64,000 nt of DNA from Candidatus Saccharimonadales bacterium (GTDB taxonomy: Bacteria > Patescibacteriota > Saccharimonadia > Saccharimonadales > DATKHC01), in NCBI GenBank assembly GCA_038317055.1, contig JBBQBA010000001.1:24153-88152 (forward strand). The letters run 5' to 3'. Each line of letters starts with the position of its first letter. Position 1 is the first letter of the stretch. Under the pieces are notes generated by a model. The model had not been told where the DNA came from. It saw only the letters and a program-made list of their open reading frames with translations, and ran no database searches. Shown piece by piece: positions 43,788-53,669 of the stretch. The position numbers were made by a program, and so were the translations under genes.

Positions 43788-46367
43788 TTATTTGATAACA
43801 AAGTTCACTAATTTATCTTTTACATAGATTGATTTAATTAGTTCCTTATTAACAAGATGTTCTGCCACTTTTGGTTCAGCTTTTGATTTTTCAATTATTT
43901 CCTGCTCTATATTGTCATGTGCTACTTCAATTTGACCGCGAAGTTTTCCGTTAATCTGTATAATTATCAACTTTGTATCTTTTTTAAGAGCATCTTCATC
44001 CCATTCTGGCCAAGTTTGATTTAGTACATTTCCATCAAAACCAAATTGTTGCCATAAGTCTTCTGCTAAATGAGGAGTAAATGGGGCTAGTAATAAAAGT
44101 AGCTGTTTAAAAGTGAGTTTCCAATCAGAAGAATGATCATCAAAACTTAGCGATTCTTTTTGTTTATATAGTCCATTAACAGATTCCATAAGTGCTGCAA
44201 CGCTTGTATTAAAACCAAGTTTAGGTATGTCTCTACTTATTCGTTTGTTAGTTTTAGCTAATATACTTTTTAGTTCAGGGCTGTTAATTTCATCTGATAC
44301 TATTTTATCTGGATTGGATTCCAAATATTCTTGAGCAATAGTCCAGAAGCGTTCAATAAATCGTCGACAACCGGCTACTCCATTTACATTCCAAATGACT
44401 GACTGATCAAAAGGCCCAATAAATGCGATATATAATCTGAGAGTATCTGCGCCATAATCGTTTACGATCTCCATAGGATCAACTACATTACCCCAACTTT
44501 TACTCATTTTTCTACCGTCGGCAGCTAATACCATTCCATGGCTAGATCGTTTTTTATAAGGTTCCGAAGTGTTTACTACTCCAATATCATAAAGAAATTT
44601 ATGCCAAAAACGACTATACAACAAATGAAGTGTAGTATGTTCCATTCCTCCGTTATACCAACTTACAGGCATCCATTGTTTGATTTTTTCCATATCAGCA
44701 AGCGAATTATCATTTGTTGAATCTAGATATCTTAAAAAATACCAACTTGAACCAGCCCAGTTAGGCATAGTGTCAGTCTCCCTATAGCCTTCAACCCATT
44801 TGTCATAATTTGGTTTAGGGCCACTAAAAGGTTTGGTCTCTCCAGTAGCAAGGTTGTACCAAACATGCACCCAATCTTCTGCTTCAGCTAGCGGCCCTTT
44901 ACCTAATCCTTTAGGGGTAAAGTCTTCAACTTCTGGCAGAACTACGGGTAGATAATTTAACGGAATTGGAAGAGCTGTATATTCAGTCCCATTTATTGTT
45001 TTAATAACCGGTCTGTCGGGTATCCAACTTTCCACTTCATCAGAAGTATTTAATGCTAGATCGTCTTTTACCCAAATGATCGGAAATGGTTCCCCCCAGT
45101 ATCTCTGTCTAGAGAACACCCAATCTCGTAATTTGTAATTAGTAATTTCTTTAGCTAAACCTTTTTCGTTTAGACTCTTAACAATCTTTTCCCTAGCTTG
45201 ATCGCTGGTAATTCCATTAAATTCACCAGAATTAATCATCAGACCCTCAGCTGATGAACAAGCATCATCTGGTTCGCTATTTTTTACTACTCTAATTATT
45301 TGTAGGTCAAATTTCTTAGCAAATTCATAATCTCTTTCATCGTGAGCTGGCACTGCCATAATTGCGCCAGTCCCATAACCCATTAAGACATAGTCACTAA
45401 TCCAAATTGGTAATTTCTCACCGTTAACAGGATTAATTGCATATGCACCTATAAACACACCAGTCTTATCTTTAGAATCTTCCTGACGGTTAAGGTCACT
45501 CTTAGATGAAGTTTGTTTAACGTATCCATCGACCTCGGATTTTTTATCATCAGTGGTTAATCTCTCTACCAATGGATGTTCTGGAGCAAGAACCATGTAA
45601 GTCGCACCAAATAATGTATCAGGTCTAGTTGTAAATACGGTAATCTTGTCAATACTATTTTCAATAGCAAAATCCACTTCTGCACCTTTTGATCTACCAA
45701 TCCAATTGCGTTGCTGAACCTTAACAGGCTCTATGTAGTCGACGTCATCTAAATCTTCATGAAGTCGATCAGCATATTTTGTAATTGCTAACATCCATTG
45801 TCTTAAGGGTCGTCGTTCGCATGGAAAATCGCCCCGTTCTGATCTGCCATTAATTACTTCCTCGTCAGCAAGTACGCTTTTTAGATCTTCACACCACCAA
45901 ACTACCGATTCAGCCTGATAAGCGAGCCCATGTTTATATAGGTTTAGAAAAATCCATTGAGTCCATTTGTAGTAATTTGGGTCGGTTGTTGAAAACTCTC
46001 TAGACCAATCAAAATTTAAACCTAGTGACTTTGCTTGTTGTCTAAAGTTATTTATATTAGTTTTGGTAACTTCTGCAGGATGAACTCCAGTTTTCAACGC
46101 ATATTGTTCAGCAGGTAAGCCAAATGAATCCCAACCAATAGGTAGAAGTACATTCTCGCCAGTCATCCTTCTCCATCTAGCTAAAATATCTGCAGTAACA
46201 TATGGACGAGTATGACCAACATGTAACCCAGCGCCTGAAGGATAAGGAAATTCAACTAATTGGTAGAACTTAGGTCTTGGATCATCATCTTTAACAATAT
46301 ATGATTTTTCATCCGACCATTTTTTCTGCCATCTTGCTTCAATTTCGTTAGGATTATAACGTTTCAT
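43788..46367 (-). CDS. leuS: leucyl-tRNA synthetase
   Basis: 859 aa. The HIGH motif is PYPSGAGLHVGHTR and the KMSKS motif is GRKMSKSWGN. Confidence 0.95.
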   Translation of the reverse strand: MKRYNPNEIEARWQKKWSDEKSYIVKDDDPRPKFYQLVEFPYPSGAGLHVGHTRPYVTADILARWRRMTGENVLLPIGWDSFGLPAEQYALKTGVHPAEVTKTNINNFRQQAKSLGLNFDWSREFSTTDPNYYKWTQWIFLNLYKHGLAYQAESVVWWCEDLKSVLADEEVINGRSERGDFPCERRPLRQWMLAITKYADRLHEDLDDVDYIEPVKVQQRNWIGRSKGAEVDFAIENSIDKITVFTTRPDTLFGATYMVLAPEHPLVERLTTDDKKSEVDGYVKQTSSKSDLNRQEDSKDKTGVFIGAYAINPVNGEKLPIWISDYVLMGYGTGAIMAVPAHDERDYEFAKKFDLQIIRVVKNSEPDDACSSAEGLMINSGEFNGITSDQAREKIVKSLNEKGLAKEITNYKLRDWVFSRQRYWGEPFPIIWVKDDLALNTSDEVESWIPDRPVIKTINGTEYTALPIPLNYLPVVLPEVEDFTPKGLGKGPLAEAEDWVHVWYNLATGETKPFSGPKPNYDKWVEGYRETDTMPNWAGSSWYFLRYLDSTNDNSLADMEKIKQWMPVSWYNGGMEHTTLHLLYSRFWHKFLYDIGVVNTSEPYKKRSSHGMVLAADGRKMSKSWGNVVDPMEIVNDYGADTLRLYIAFIGPFDQSVIWNVNGVAGCRRFIERFWTIAQEYLESNPDKIVSDEINSPELKSILAKTNKRISRDIPKLGFNTSVAALMESVNGLYKQKESLSFDDHSSDWKLTFKQLLLLLAPFTPHLAEDLWQQFGFDGNVLNQTWPEWDEDALKKDTKLIIIQINGKLRGQIEVAHDNIEQEIIEKSKAEPKVAEHLVNKELIKSIYVKDKLVNFVIK

Positions 46368-46391
46368 ATATCTACCGCTCCGAAAACTAAT

Positions 46392-47552
46392 TTAAAACTG
46401 TTTAAGAAAATTAGTTTTGAAAGTTGTTTCCTTTTTCTGATTTTCAGTATATCGTTCAAATCCAAGATTAACTAGACGATCTACAAGCTCTATATTTGAA
46501 ATACCAATACTTCGCCAATTGTGAGCATATAAACTACCAGGTAGTGGATTTACTTCATTAAAATATATGTCTTTTGTTTTTTTATCTATAAGCAGGTCAA
46601 CTCTTGCAATACCGGCACAACCCAGAGCTCTATATACACTCTTAGCAATATCAATACATTGTTGTCTCATATCTGCATCTAGTCTTGCTGGTATGTGGCT
46701 ATAACCCTGCGCTCCTTGTTTTCCGCCCGCAGCTTTTGATTTACTTTTGCCTCCGCGAATATATTTCGTTTCAAAGTCGAAAAATTCTTCACCTTGGTTG
46801 GGTTCTTCAGTATTTGCGGCGGTTAATTCACTATTACCCATTATTGGCACTGTAACTTCGACAAGATTTTCTACTGCTTCCTCAACAATAACTTTGTCAT
46901 CGTAATGAGCAGCTACTTCAATTGCGTTAATTAATTCATCTTTATTTGAAACTTTAGTAATTGCTATCGACGAACCAAGATGAGTTGGCTTTACAAATAA
47001 AGGATATTTTAAATTTTTTAGTTTCGTGAGTACTTGGTCTTGGTTAGATTTAAATTCAAATGAATAGAACCATTGATATTTATTTTGAGGTACTTTTTCA
47101 CTACCTGCTACGATACGAGCTAAGACCTTATCCATACAAAGCGCACTTGAAGGTACATCACAGCCAACATAAGGTACATTGGCCATTTCTAATATTCCCA
47201 TAAGATCACCGTCTTCTCCAAAAGTACCGTGAGTGGCTGGGAAAACTATATCGATATCTATTTGTTTATTCTTAAAGCCAGGTTGAATAATCCTAAACCC
47301 ACCATTAAATTGCACAGCAATTGGAGTTGTCTTATTCAAATATTTATCAAGCTTTTCTGAAGTATATAAACTGACATCTTTTAGTATTGGATCAGAATAC
47401 CACTTGCCATCTTTAGCTATATATATAGGTACAACTTCATATTTTGCAAGTAATTCTAATGGTTTAATTATAGTCGAAATAGCCGTAATAATAGATACGT
47501 CGTGTTCTGCTGATCGTGACCCGAAAATAACTGCAATTGTTTGTTTACTCAT
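46392..47552 (-). CDS. ddl: D-alanine--D-alanine ligase
   Basis: IAVIFGSRSAEHDVSI..THGTFGEDGDLMGILE..YPLFVKPTHLGSSI..EVNPLPGS. Confidence 0.9.
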   Translation of the reverse strand: MSKQTIAVIFGSRSAEHDVSIITAISTIIKPLELLAKYEVVPIYIAKDGKWYSDPILKDVSLYTSEKLDKYLNKTTPIAVQFNGGFRIIQPGFKNKQIDIDIVFPATHGTFGEDGDLMGILEMANVPYVGCDVPSSALCMDKVLARIVAGSEKVPQNKYQWFYSFEFKSNQDQVLTKLKNLKYPLFVKPTHLGSSIAITKVSNKDELINAIEVAAHYDDKVIVEEAVENLVEVTVPIMGNSELTAANTEEPNQGEEFFDFETKYIRGGKSKSKAAGGKQGAQGYSHIPARLDADMRQQCIDIAKSVYRALGCAGIARVDLLIDKKTKDIYFNEVNPLPGSLYAHNWRSIGISNIELVDRLVNLGFERYTENQKKETTFKTNFLKQF

Positions 47553-47577
47553 CTGATGTTAAGTATAGCAAACATGC

Positions 47578-49017
47578 TCAATAATAATTATCAGGCCAAT
47601 CATTCTGCATTAAGACTAAATCACCAGCTGCAACAAATTGCTCCAAATTAAGATAAAAGTTTAGTGGATCATCCTCTATTCTTAAATCTCCTTTGTAACC
47701 AGCCAACTCCATGCTGGTTTGAACAAAATCAGTTACTGAGTTTCGCATTAAAACCACTTTATCAGGGTTTGCTTCTGCAATTAGTCTTCCCATTGTTTCA
47801 TGGACAGCTCTTGTTTCAACGCCTTGATCAACTAGCCCGGGAGTAATGTATACTTTCCGTTTAGCTTTTAGTTCAACAAGTAGATTGAGCCCTGCCCGAA
47901 TACCATCAATATTACCATTGTAGGTGTCGTCAATTATCCAAGCACCACCAAGAATTCTTGGTTGCATTCTATGCTCAAACGGTATAGTTCTTGCGATTCC
48001 AGCTTCAACTTGATTCTTATTAAGTCCCAGATCTAATGCAATAGTCGCTACTGCTGCTAGAGGTCCGACTTGATGCTTGCCAAGTAGTCCGCTAGCTAGT
48101 TTGAGCTTGCTACCGTTATGATCAAGTTCAAAACTAGTTCCTGTAAAATCTACTTTTACGTTACGGATTTTATTATTACCAACCGCTTCATAGGTATAAA
48201 TATTATGAGTAGGTTTTATGAATACACTAATTGCCTCTGACTCTCCATTTATAAAAACTTTTTTATCATTCAAAAAATCAGCTAAGCTAAAAATGTCTTT
48301 ACCGGCTTCATTAAGATCAGCGTAGTGATCTAAATGTGCTGGAGCTAATCCGGTTATTACACCAATGTCCGGTCGAACAGTTTTTGTAAAATTTGCTACA
48401 TCACCGGGTTTACCTTCACCAAATTCTATAACCAGCACCTCTTCCTTACCGGTAAGTTTCGCTGCAAAATGAGCATGAGATACGGCAACATTTTTATTGG
48501 CAGGTGTAACAGCAACTTGTTTACTTCCCGCCAATACTTCGGCTAGTAGTTCTTTCATAGTAGTCTTACCATAACTCCCAGCTACCGCAATTTTTGTAGC
48601 TTTAGATTTTGCAAAGATCTTTTTAGACACTTCAACTTGTTTTCGTTCTTTTGGTTTCACTACTAACCACTTAGCAGCTATCAGTGGCAGAGTAATTAAA
48701 TATGCCCAGACTAGTGGGTATGAAATAAAGATGCATAACCCAATTTCTATTTGCCAAAACACATGATTTACTAAACCTAAGTGAACAATCCAAATACTAA
48801 TAATTACCTGGAGCAATATACCGACTGACAGAAGGAGTAGAAGAAGCTTAGCTCTTTTAGTGCGTTCAAGAGCACCACGGTTCATTACCTTAGAAAAGTT
48901 ATTTGTCTGCCAGTGCCACCTAAGATATGGCATAACTTGGTATTCAGTTCGTTGTAACATATAAATTAGTGTTTTTGGATAATTTGAGCTGTAAAAACTA
49001 AGTAATCCTGAAATCAT
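47578..49017 (-). CDS. Mur-ligase family protein (MurF-like) with N-terminal transmembrane region
   Basis: The P-loop is VAGSYGKTTMKELL. The central domain (PDIGVITGLAPAHLDHY) and C-terminal domain (DDTYNGNIDG) are Mur-ligase-like. The first ~125 aa contain hydrophobic helices (LLLLLLSVGILLQVIISIWIV; CIFISYPLVWAYLITLPLIAA) in place of the usual soluble N-domain. Confidence 0.7.
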   Translation of the reverse strand: MISGLLSFYSSNYPKTLIYMLQRTEYQVMPYLRWHWQTNNFSKVMNRGALERTKRAKLLLLLLSVGILLQVIISIWIVHLGLVNHVFWQIEIGLCIFISYPLVWAYLITLPLIAAKWLVVKPKERKQVEVSKKIFAKSKATKIAVAGSYGKTTMKELLAEVLAGSKQVAVTPANKNVAVSHAHFAAKLTGKEEVLVIEFGEGKPGDVANFTKTVRPDIGVITGLAPAHLDHYADLNEAGKDIFSLADFLNDKKVFINGESEAISVFIKPTHNIYTYEAVGNNKIRNVKVDFTGTSFELDHNGSKLKLASGLLGKHQVGPLAAVATIALDLGLNKNQVEAGIARTIPFEHRMQPRILGGAWIIDDTYNGNIDGIRAGLNLLVELKAKRKVYITPGLVDQGVETRAVHETMGRLIAEANPDKVVLMRNSVTDFVQTSMELAGYKGDLRIEDDPLNFYLNLEQFVAAGDLVLMQNDWPDNYY

Positions 49018-49763
49018 TCTAGAAAATCCTTAATCAATTTTTCAACTTGGTGTGGTTGATCGTTATGTACAAAGTGTTCAGCATTGTCTAAAACCTTCAA
49101 TGTACTACCTTTAATTTTACTTTCTAGTATCTGTCCATAATCAACTGGCGTGGATGTATCATTTTTACCATAAATTAGTAGTGTTGGTATATTTAATTTA
49201 GTGGCTTCATGACGAATGTCTTGATCAACGACTAACTTAAAGGTTTCTTCCATCCCAGGTGCAATTAAAAGGTCTGAGCCTATACGTCCATAAAACCTTT
49301 GTCGTATATTATTTTTAATGCCACTAGGAAGTACTGATGTTAAGGCTTTACCGGATTTAGCAACTACTTTAAGAGTCTGTTTCTTGGCTTTATTTTTGTC
49401 TCTTATTCCTGCCGATCCTAACAGTACTAATTTTTGTGCTGTTAGATCCTTATTAGCTAGAGCGTTAATTAATATTGCACCTCCATTAGAATGACCAATT
49501 AATCCATATGGCTTAATCTTTATTTTAGACGTGAACTTATTTAAGCAGTTAGCGTAATTATTCAAATTCCATGCCTCACGTGGTTGCGAGGATTGTCCAA
49601 ATCCAGGCAAATCAATTGCTGTAACATCATAGTTTTTACTAAGTGTTTTCTGAATCTCATAAAAACTAGATAAACTATCAGCCCATCCATGAACAAGTAA
49701 TAGCTGTGGACCATTACCGGTTCTCTCGTAGCGAATAACTAGATCGTCTATAAGCACTTGCAT
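49014..49763 (-). CDS. alpha/beta-fold hydrolase
   Basis: LLLVHGWADS and the nucleophile elbow GHSNGG are present, with a C-terminal His (NAEHFVHNDQP). Confidence 0.8.
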   Translation of the reverse strand: MQVLIDDLVIRYERTGNGPQLLLVHGWADSLSSFYEIQKTLSKNYDVTAIDLPGFGQSSQPREAWNLNNYANCLNKFTSKIKIKPYGLIGHSNGGAILINALANKDLTAQKLVLLGSAGIRDKNKAKKQTLKVVAKSGKALTSVLPSGIKNNIRQRFYGRIGSDLLIAPGMEETFKLVVDQDIRHEATKLNIPTLLIYGKNDTSTPVDYGQILESKIKGSTLKVLDNAEHFVHNDQPHQVEKLIKDFLE

Positions 49764-49799
49764 GTCTTTAAGTATAGAGTATTTAAGTCTTTAATGAAT

Positions 49800-50720
49800 C
49801 TACTTGTTTATAAGATTCTGAATATTATTTTCTAATGTCGATAATGGAATAGTTTTTTTAGGAATAGCAATTTGAGGAGTTGCACCAAAAGATGAATAAA
49901 CATACTTTTCCTTAGTACCAGTAAAATAAATCTCGGCTAATTGTCCAGATGCAACATCTATATCAAATTGTATTTTCTTAATGGCATTGGTTGTTGGTTT
50001 TTTATCAATTGCTTGAATTTTATCATGTGATATTCCTATACCTCTTGAAAATTGATATAAGTAGTAGTCAAGATAATATAGCCTAATGCTAACCGTATAA
50101 GCATAAACTTTTCTGCCATTTATTTTTTGAGTTTTTACATTTCCTGAGTAGCTATAAACATTATATTTACGTAAATAGTCTAAGTATTGTTTTTTCAAAG
50201 CTGGATTAACGTTCGCTATCGGAACTACATCAAGAACTGATTGGGTAAATAACTGACCACCATTAATTTTAGTCCCACTAGGACTATTTTCTCCCCATAC
50301 TCCTAATACAGATGAATAATTAACCGTTTGGCCAGTTTTACTTTTAGCTTTCGTGTTTATTTGTGTGTACTTTGAATAATCGGTGGTTGGCGTACCAATA
50401 CTGAGTAACTTAACGGTACCTTCGGGGTAGCCAGGCACACTTATAGTTTGTGACTCAACAACCCTATTAACTGCACCGGTTTGCACGTTTAATACTTGCT
50501 TAACAGACTGCCCGCTTTGCGTATTAGTAATTATTTTTGAGTAGCCTGCAGTACTTAATGAATTATTAAACATCCGACTAAATACTCTTGCCGGACTACT
50601 ATAGTAGAAATGGAAACATAACCACGCCGTGATACTTATGATTATAGCTATTAAAATAGAAACTTTAGTGGTTAGCCCAATTCGGCTCTTATAGGTACTT
50701 GTATTTAACCCTCTAGTCAT
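49800..50720 (-). CDS. hypothetical N-anchored extracytoplasmic protein
   Basis: 306 aa with one N-terminal TM helix (VSILIAIIISITAWLCFHFYY). No family recognised. Confidence 0.45.
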   Translation of the reverse strand: MTRGLNTSTYKSRIGLTTKVSILIAIIISITAWLCFHFYYSSPARVFSRMFNNSLSTAGYSKIITNTQSGQSVKQVLNVQTGAVNRVVESQTISVPGYPEGTVKLLSIGTPTTDYSKYTQINTKAKSKTGQTVNYSSVLGVWGENSPSGTKINGGQLFTQSVLDVVPIANVNPALKKQYLDYLRKYNVYSYSGNVKTQKINGRKVYAYTVSIRLYYLDYYLYQFSRGIGISHDKIQAIDKKPTTNAIKKIQFDIDVASGQLAEIYFTGTKEKYVYSSFGATPQIAIPKKTIPLSTLENNIQNLINK

Positions 50721-50786
50721 TAGTCATATTGTAGCAGCACCAAGTATTAGACTTTAAGATTATTGTATTATATTGTTGATATCTTA

Positions 50787-50863
50787 GGGGCATTAGCGCA
50801 GTTGGTTAGCGCGCCTCCGTGGCACGGAGGAGGTCATCGGTTCGAATCCGATATGCTCCACCA
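50787..50863 (+). tRNA. tRNA-Ala (anticodon GGC), CCA encoded
   Basis: The manual cloverleaf has acceptor GGGGCAT/ATGCTCC with G3:U70. The anticodon arm is CCTCC-GTGGCAC-GGAGG and the T-loop is TTCGAAT. Confidence 0.9.
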
Positions 50864-50947
50864 GCAATTTTGATGCTTGCAAATCTTCAGCTAAGCTATT
50901 ACTGTTATTACCATAAGTATTAAATAAAACTAAACGGAAATATAAAA

Positions 50948-51496
50948 ATGATTTTAAACATAAAAAAACGGCTTAACCAGCACGGCTTTGCCCATGATTT
51001 AGTAATTATTGCGATAGTTGTAGTATTTGCTATCGCAGGGGCTGGCTATCTAGTAGCTAGTCATGCAGCATCATGTAATCCTGTTTCTGGAAGCACCTCA
51101 GCGGCAACATCTAATGGTTGTGCTGCTTCTGGTCCAGTTTCTTCATCCCAATATGCAGCTAATTGCACAATTAATAATATTCCAAGTTCAATAGCAATTG
51201 GTGCAACACTAACTCCGACAATAACTATTACAAACGTTGGAACAAAATCAATAAGTCCACATATGATTTCATACACAACAATAAGTAATGGTCCAACAAC
51301 TTACTTTAGTGAGATAAGCTTTGGAGCAATACCTCATGGTAAGAGTAAGACTAAATCACTTCCCGGTTACACCATACCCGCTAATTCATTAATTGGAACC
51401 AACAATCTTGAGGTAGGTACTCATAGTGATCTCAACTTTAAAGCATCAAAAGTGTATTTCAGTTGTTATAGTCAACTCGTTTCAATAGTTAAATAA
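50948..51496 (+). CDS. hypothetical secreted/anchored protein
   Basis: 182 aa with an N-terminal hydrophobic segment (LVIIAIVVVFAIAGAGYLVA). The rest is a beta-rich S/T/N domain. Confidence 0.45.
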   Translation: MILNIKKRLNQHGFAHDLVIIAIVVVFAIAGAGYLVASHAASCNPVSGSTSAATSNGCAASGPVSSSQYAANCTINNIPSSIAIGATLTPTITITNVGTKSISPHMISYTTISNGPTTYFSEISFGAIPHGKSKTKSLPGYTIPANSLIGTNNLEVGTHSDLNFKASKVYFSCYSQLVSIVK

Positions 51497-51517
51497 ATTA
51501 GATACTAATTTTAATAA

Positions 51518-51546
51518 AATAAGGCCTGTGAAATTCAGACCTTATT
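51518..51546 (+). terminator. candidate intrinsic terminator between convergent genes
   Basis: AATAAGGCCTG-tgaaatt-CAGACCTTATT (one C/A mismatch) is followed by a T-rich run, 22 nt after the stop at 51496. Confidence 0.45.
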
Positions 51547-51550
51547 TATT

Positions 51551-51620
51551 CGTGCGCGCCCACCCTGCGGCGGATGTAATTTTATTTTAGTTTTTATTTC
51601 ACGCGCCGCTGAAGCGCACG
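51551..51620. other. 70-nt GC-rich-armed inverted-repeat element with AT-rich centre
   Basis: CGTGCGC at 51551-51557 pairs with GCGCACG at 51614-51620. An inner GCGGCG pairs with CGCCGC. The element stands out against the AT-rich background. Confidence 0.4.
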
Positions 51621-51647
51621 ATATACTTACACAATAAACTCTTATGG

Positions 51648-53669
51648 TTATTTGTCAAGTATTTGTTTAAGTTCTGCTTCGTTAATTTGGCTAGTCCCAA
51701 GCTTCTTTGCTTTTACAATTTTGCTATTTCCGGGTGAATTTCCTAGTACTAAATAGTCAGTGTCTTTTGCAACGCTGGACTGAAACTTACCGCCAAGTTC
51801 TCTTATTCGATCGGCCGCTTCATCACGACCCAAATCTTTTAAAGTACCAGTTATAACAAAATTCTTACCATGTAGTGGACCTTTAGCCTTGGACTCAAAT
51901 ATGGGAATAACTCCAAGCTTTTTAAATTTATCAAGCAATTCAACATTATCTGCATCAGCAAACCAAGCGTAAATCGACTCAGCGACTATACCACCTACCC
52001 CTTCGATTCTAATTAATTCATCAATTGTTGCTGATTTTATTTTATCAAGTGAACCAAAGTGTTCCGATAAATCAATTGCCGTTTGACTACCCACATGCCT
52101 AATTCCTAATCCATATACAAATTTAGGTAGCTGTGGTGATTTGGATTTTTCAATCCCTTTAATCAAATTGCTCGATGAGAGTTCAGCAAACCTATCTATC
52201 TTCTCAATTTCTTCTTTAGTAATTTTATAAATGTCAGTAATGTCAGTAATTAATCCCGCATCAACAAGAGCAACAACATTTTTTTCACCAAGACCATCAA
52301 TATCTAGTGCACCCTTACTTGCAAAATGTTCAAGCGCCTTTTTGAGTAGCAAAGATCCCGATGCTCCAACAATTCGATAAACCGCTTCTCCGTCCACTCT
52401 AACAAAATTAAGTTCAGGATACTGTCGTTTAAGTTCAACTTCCATATTAAACTTTTTTGAATTCTTTGGTCTTAATTCTATTAATACTCGGTCTACTTGA
52501 GGAATAATATCACCCGCCTTATAAATAACTGCTGTGTCACCAATTCTTAAATCACGTTTTTCGATCTCATCCGAGTTATGCATACTTGCATGCTGAACAG
52601 TCGTACCCGCAATGACTACTGGTTCAAATACTGCAATCGGAGTTGCTGCTCCAGTTCGTCCTATGCTTAGAACAATATCCTTTACAAGTGATGTAGCTTC
52701 TTCAGCCGGATATTTATATGCAACTGCGGCTCGGGGATTTTTACCAACTACACCAAGCTTATTGTAAAGTCTTCTGTCATTAAGTTTTATAACAAGTCCA
52801 TCAGTATTGAAAGGTAATTCATGCCTTTCTTTATCCCACTTATCAACGAACTTCATAACATCATCAATTTTGCTATAAACTGTTGCTTGTTTATTTCTTG
52901 TAAATCCTAGTTCACTCAAAGCTTTGTATACATTTAAGTGAGTGGGAACATCGGATTTATCCAACCTTAAAATATCATAGGCTCTAAAGCTTAATTTACG
53001 TGATGCAGTAAGTTTAGGATCTAATTGCCTAATACTACCTGCAGCAAGATTACGAGGATTAGCATAAACTGGTTTTCCAGCTGCTTCTTGATTTCGATTA
53101 AGTTCTTCGAAATCCTTTTTTAAAATTATAATTTCGCCTCTAACTTCAGTTCGTCCATTAAGTAAATTATCGAATCCTTTGGAATCTCTTAGACTAAGAG
53201 GAACATTATTGATTGTTCTAACGTTCATAGTTACATCCTCACCTATATAACCATCACCCCTTGTTATTGCATGGCTAAACTTGCCATCCTCGTAGACCAG
53301 AGCGGCTGCTAGACCATCCATCTTAATATCAACGAAATATTCGTGTTTAATACCCGGAGCAAGTTTTTCAGTTCTTTTAATCCAAGCTTCAACGTCCTCT
53401 CTGCTAAAAACATCGTTCAAACTAAGCATTCTCGACGAATGACTAACTTTTTTAAACGAATCAAGTGGAATCGCACTTATTCGCTGGGTTGGAGAATCAG
53501 GTGTGATCAATTCAGGATAATCTGCTTCTAATTTTTTGAGTTCTCTCATTAAGCCATCATAAACAGCATCAGTAACGCTTGGTTTATCTTCTACGTAATA
53601 TTCATAAGCATACTTGAACATTAACTTGCGAAGTTCAATAAGTCTTAGTTGTGCTTGATTTTTTGTCAT
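51648..53669 (-). CDS. ligA: NAD-dependent DNA ligase
   Basis: 673 aa. The adenylation motif is VDIKMDGLA. The HhH region is GLGIRHVGS. The C-terminal BRCT reads GKNFVITGTL. Confidence 0.95.
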   Translation of the reverse strand: MTKNQAQLRLIELRKLMFKYAYEYYVEDKPSVTDAVYDGLMRELKKLEADYPELITPDSPTQRISAIPLDSFKKVSHSSRMLSLNDVFSREDVEAWIKRTEKLAPGIKHEYFVDIKMDGLAAALVYEDGKFSHAITRGDGYIGEDVTMNVRTINNVPLSLRDSKGFDNLLNGRTEVRGEIIILKKDFEELNRNQEAAGKPVYANPRNLAAGSIRQLDPKLTASRKLSFRAYDILRLDKSDVPTHLNVYKALSELGFTRNKQATVYSKIDDVMKFVDKWDKERHELPFNTDGLVIKLNDRRLYNKLGVVGKNPRAAVAYKYPAEEATSLVKDIVLSIGRTGAATPIAVFEPVVIAGTTVQHASMHNSDEIEKRDLRIGDTAVIYKAGDIIPQVDRVLIELRPKNSKKFNMEVELKRQYPELNFVRVDGEAVYRIVGASGSLLLKKALEHFASKGALDIDGLGEKNVVALVDAGLITDITDIYKITKEEIEKIDRFAELSSSNLIKGIEKSKSPQLPKFVYGLGIRHVGSQTAIDLSEHFGSLDKIKSATIDELIRIEGVGGIVAESIYAWFADADNVELLDKFKKLGVIPIFESKAKGPLHGKNFVITGTLKDLGRDEAADRIRELGGKFQSSVAKDTDYLVLGNSPGNSKIVKAKKLGTSQINEAELKQILDK

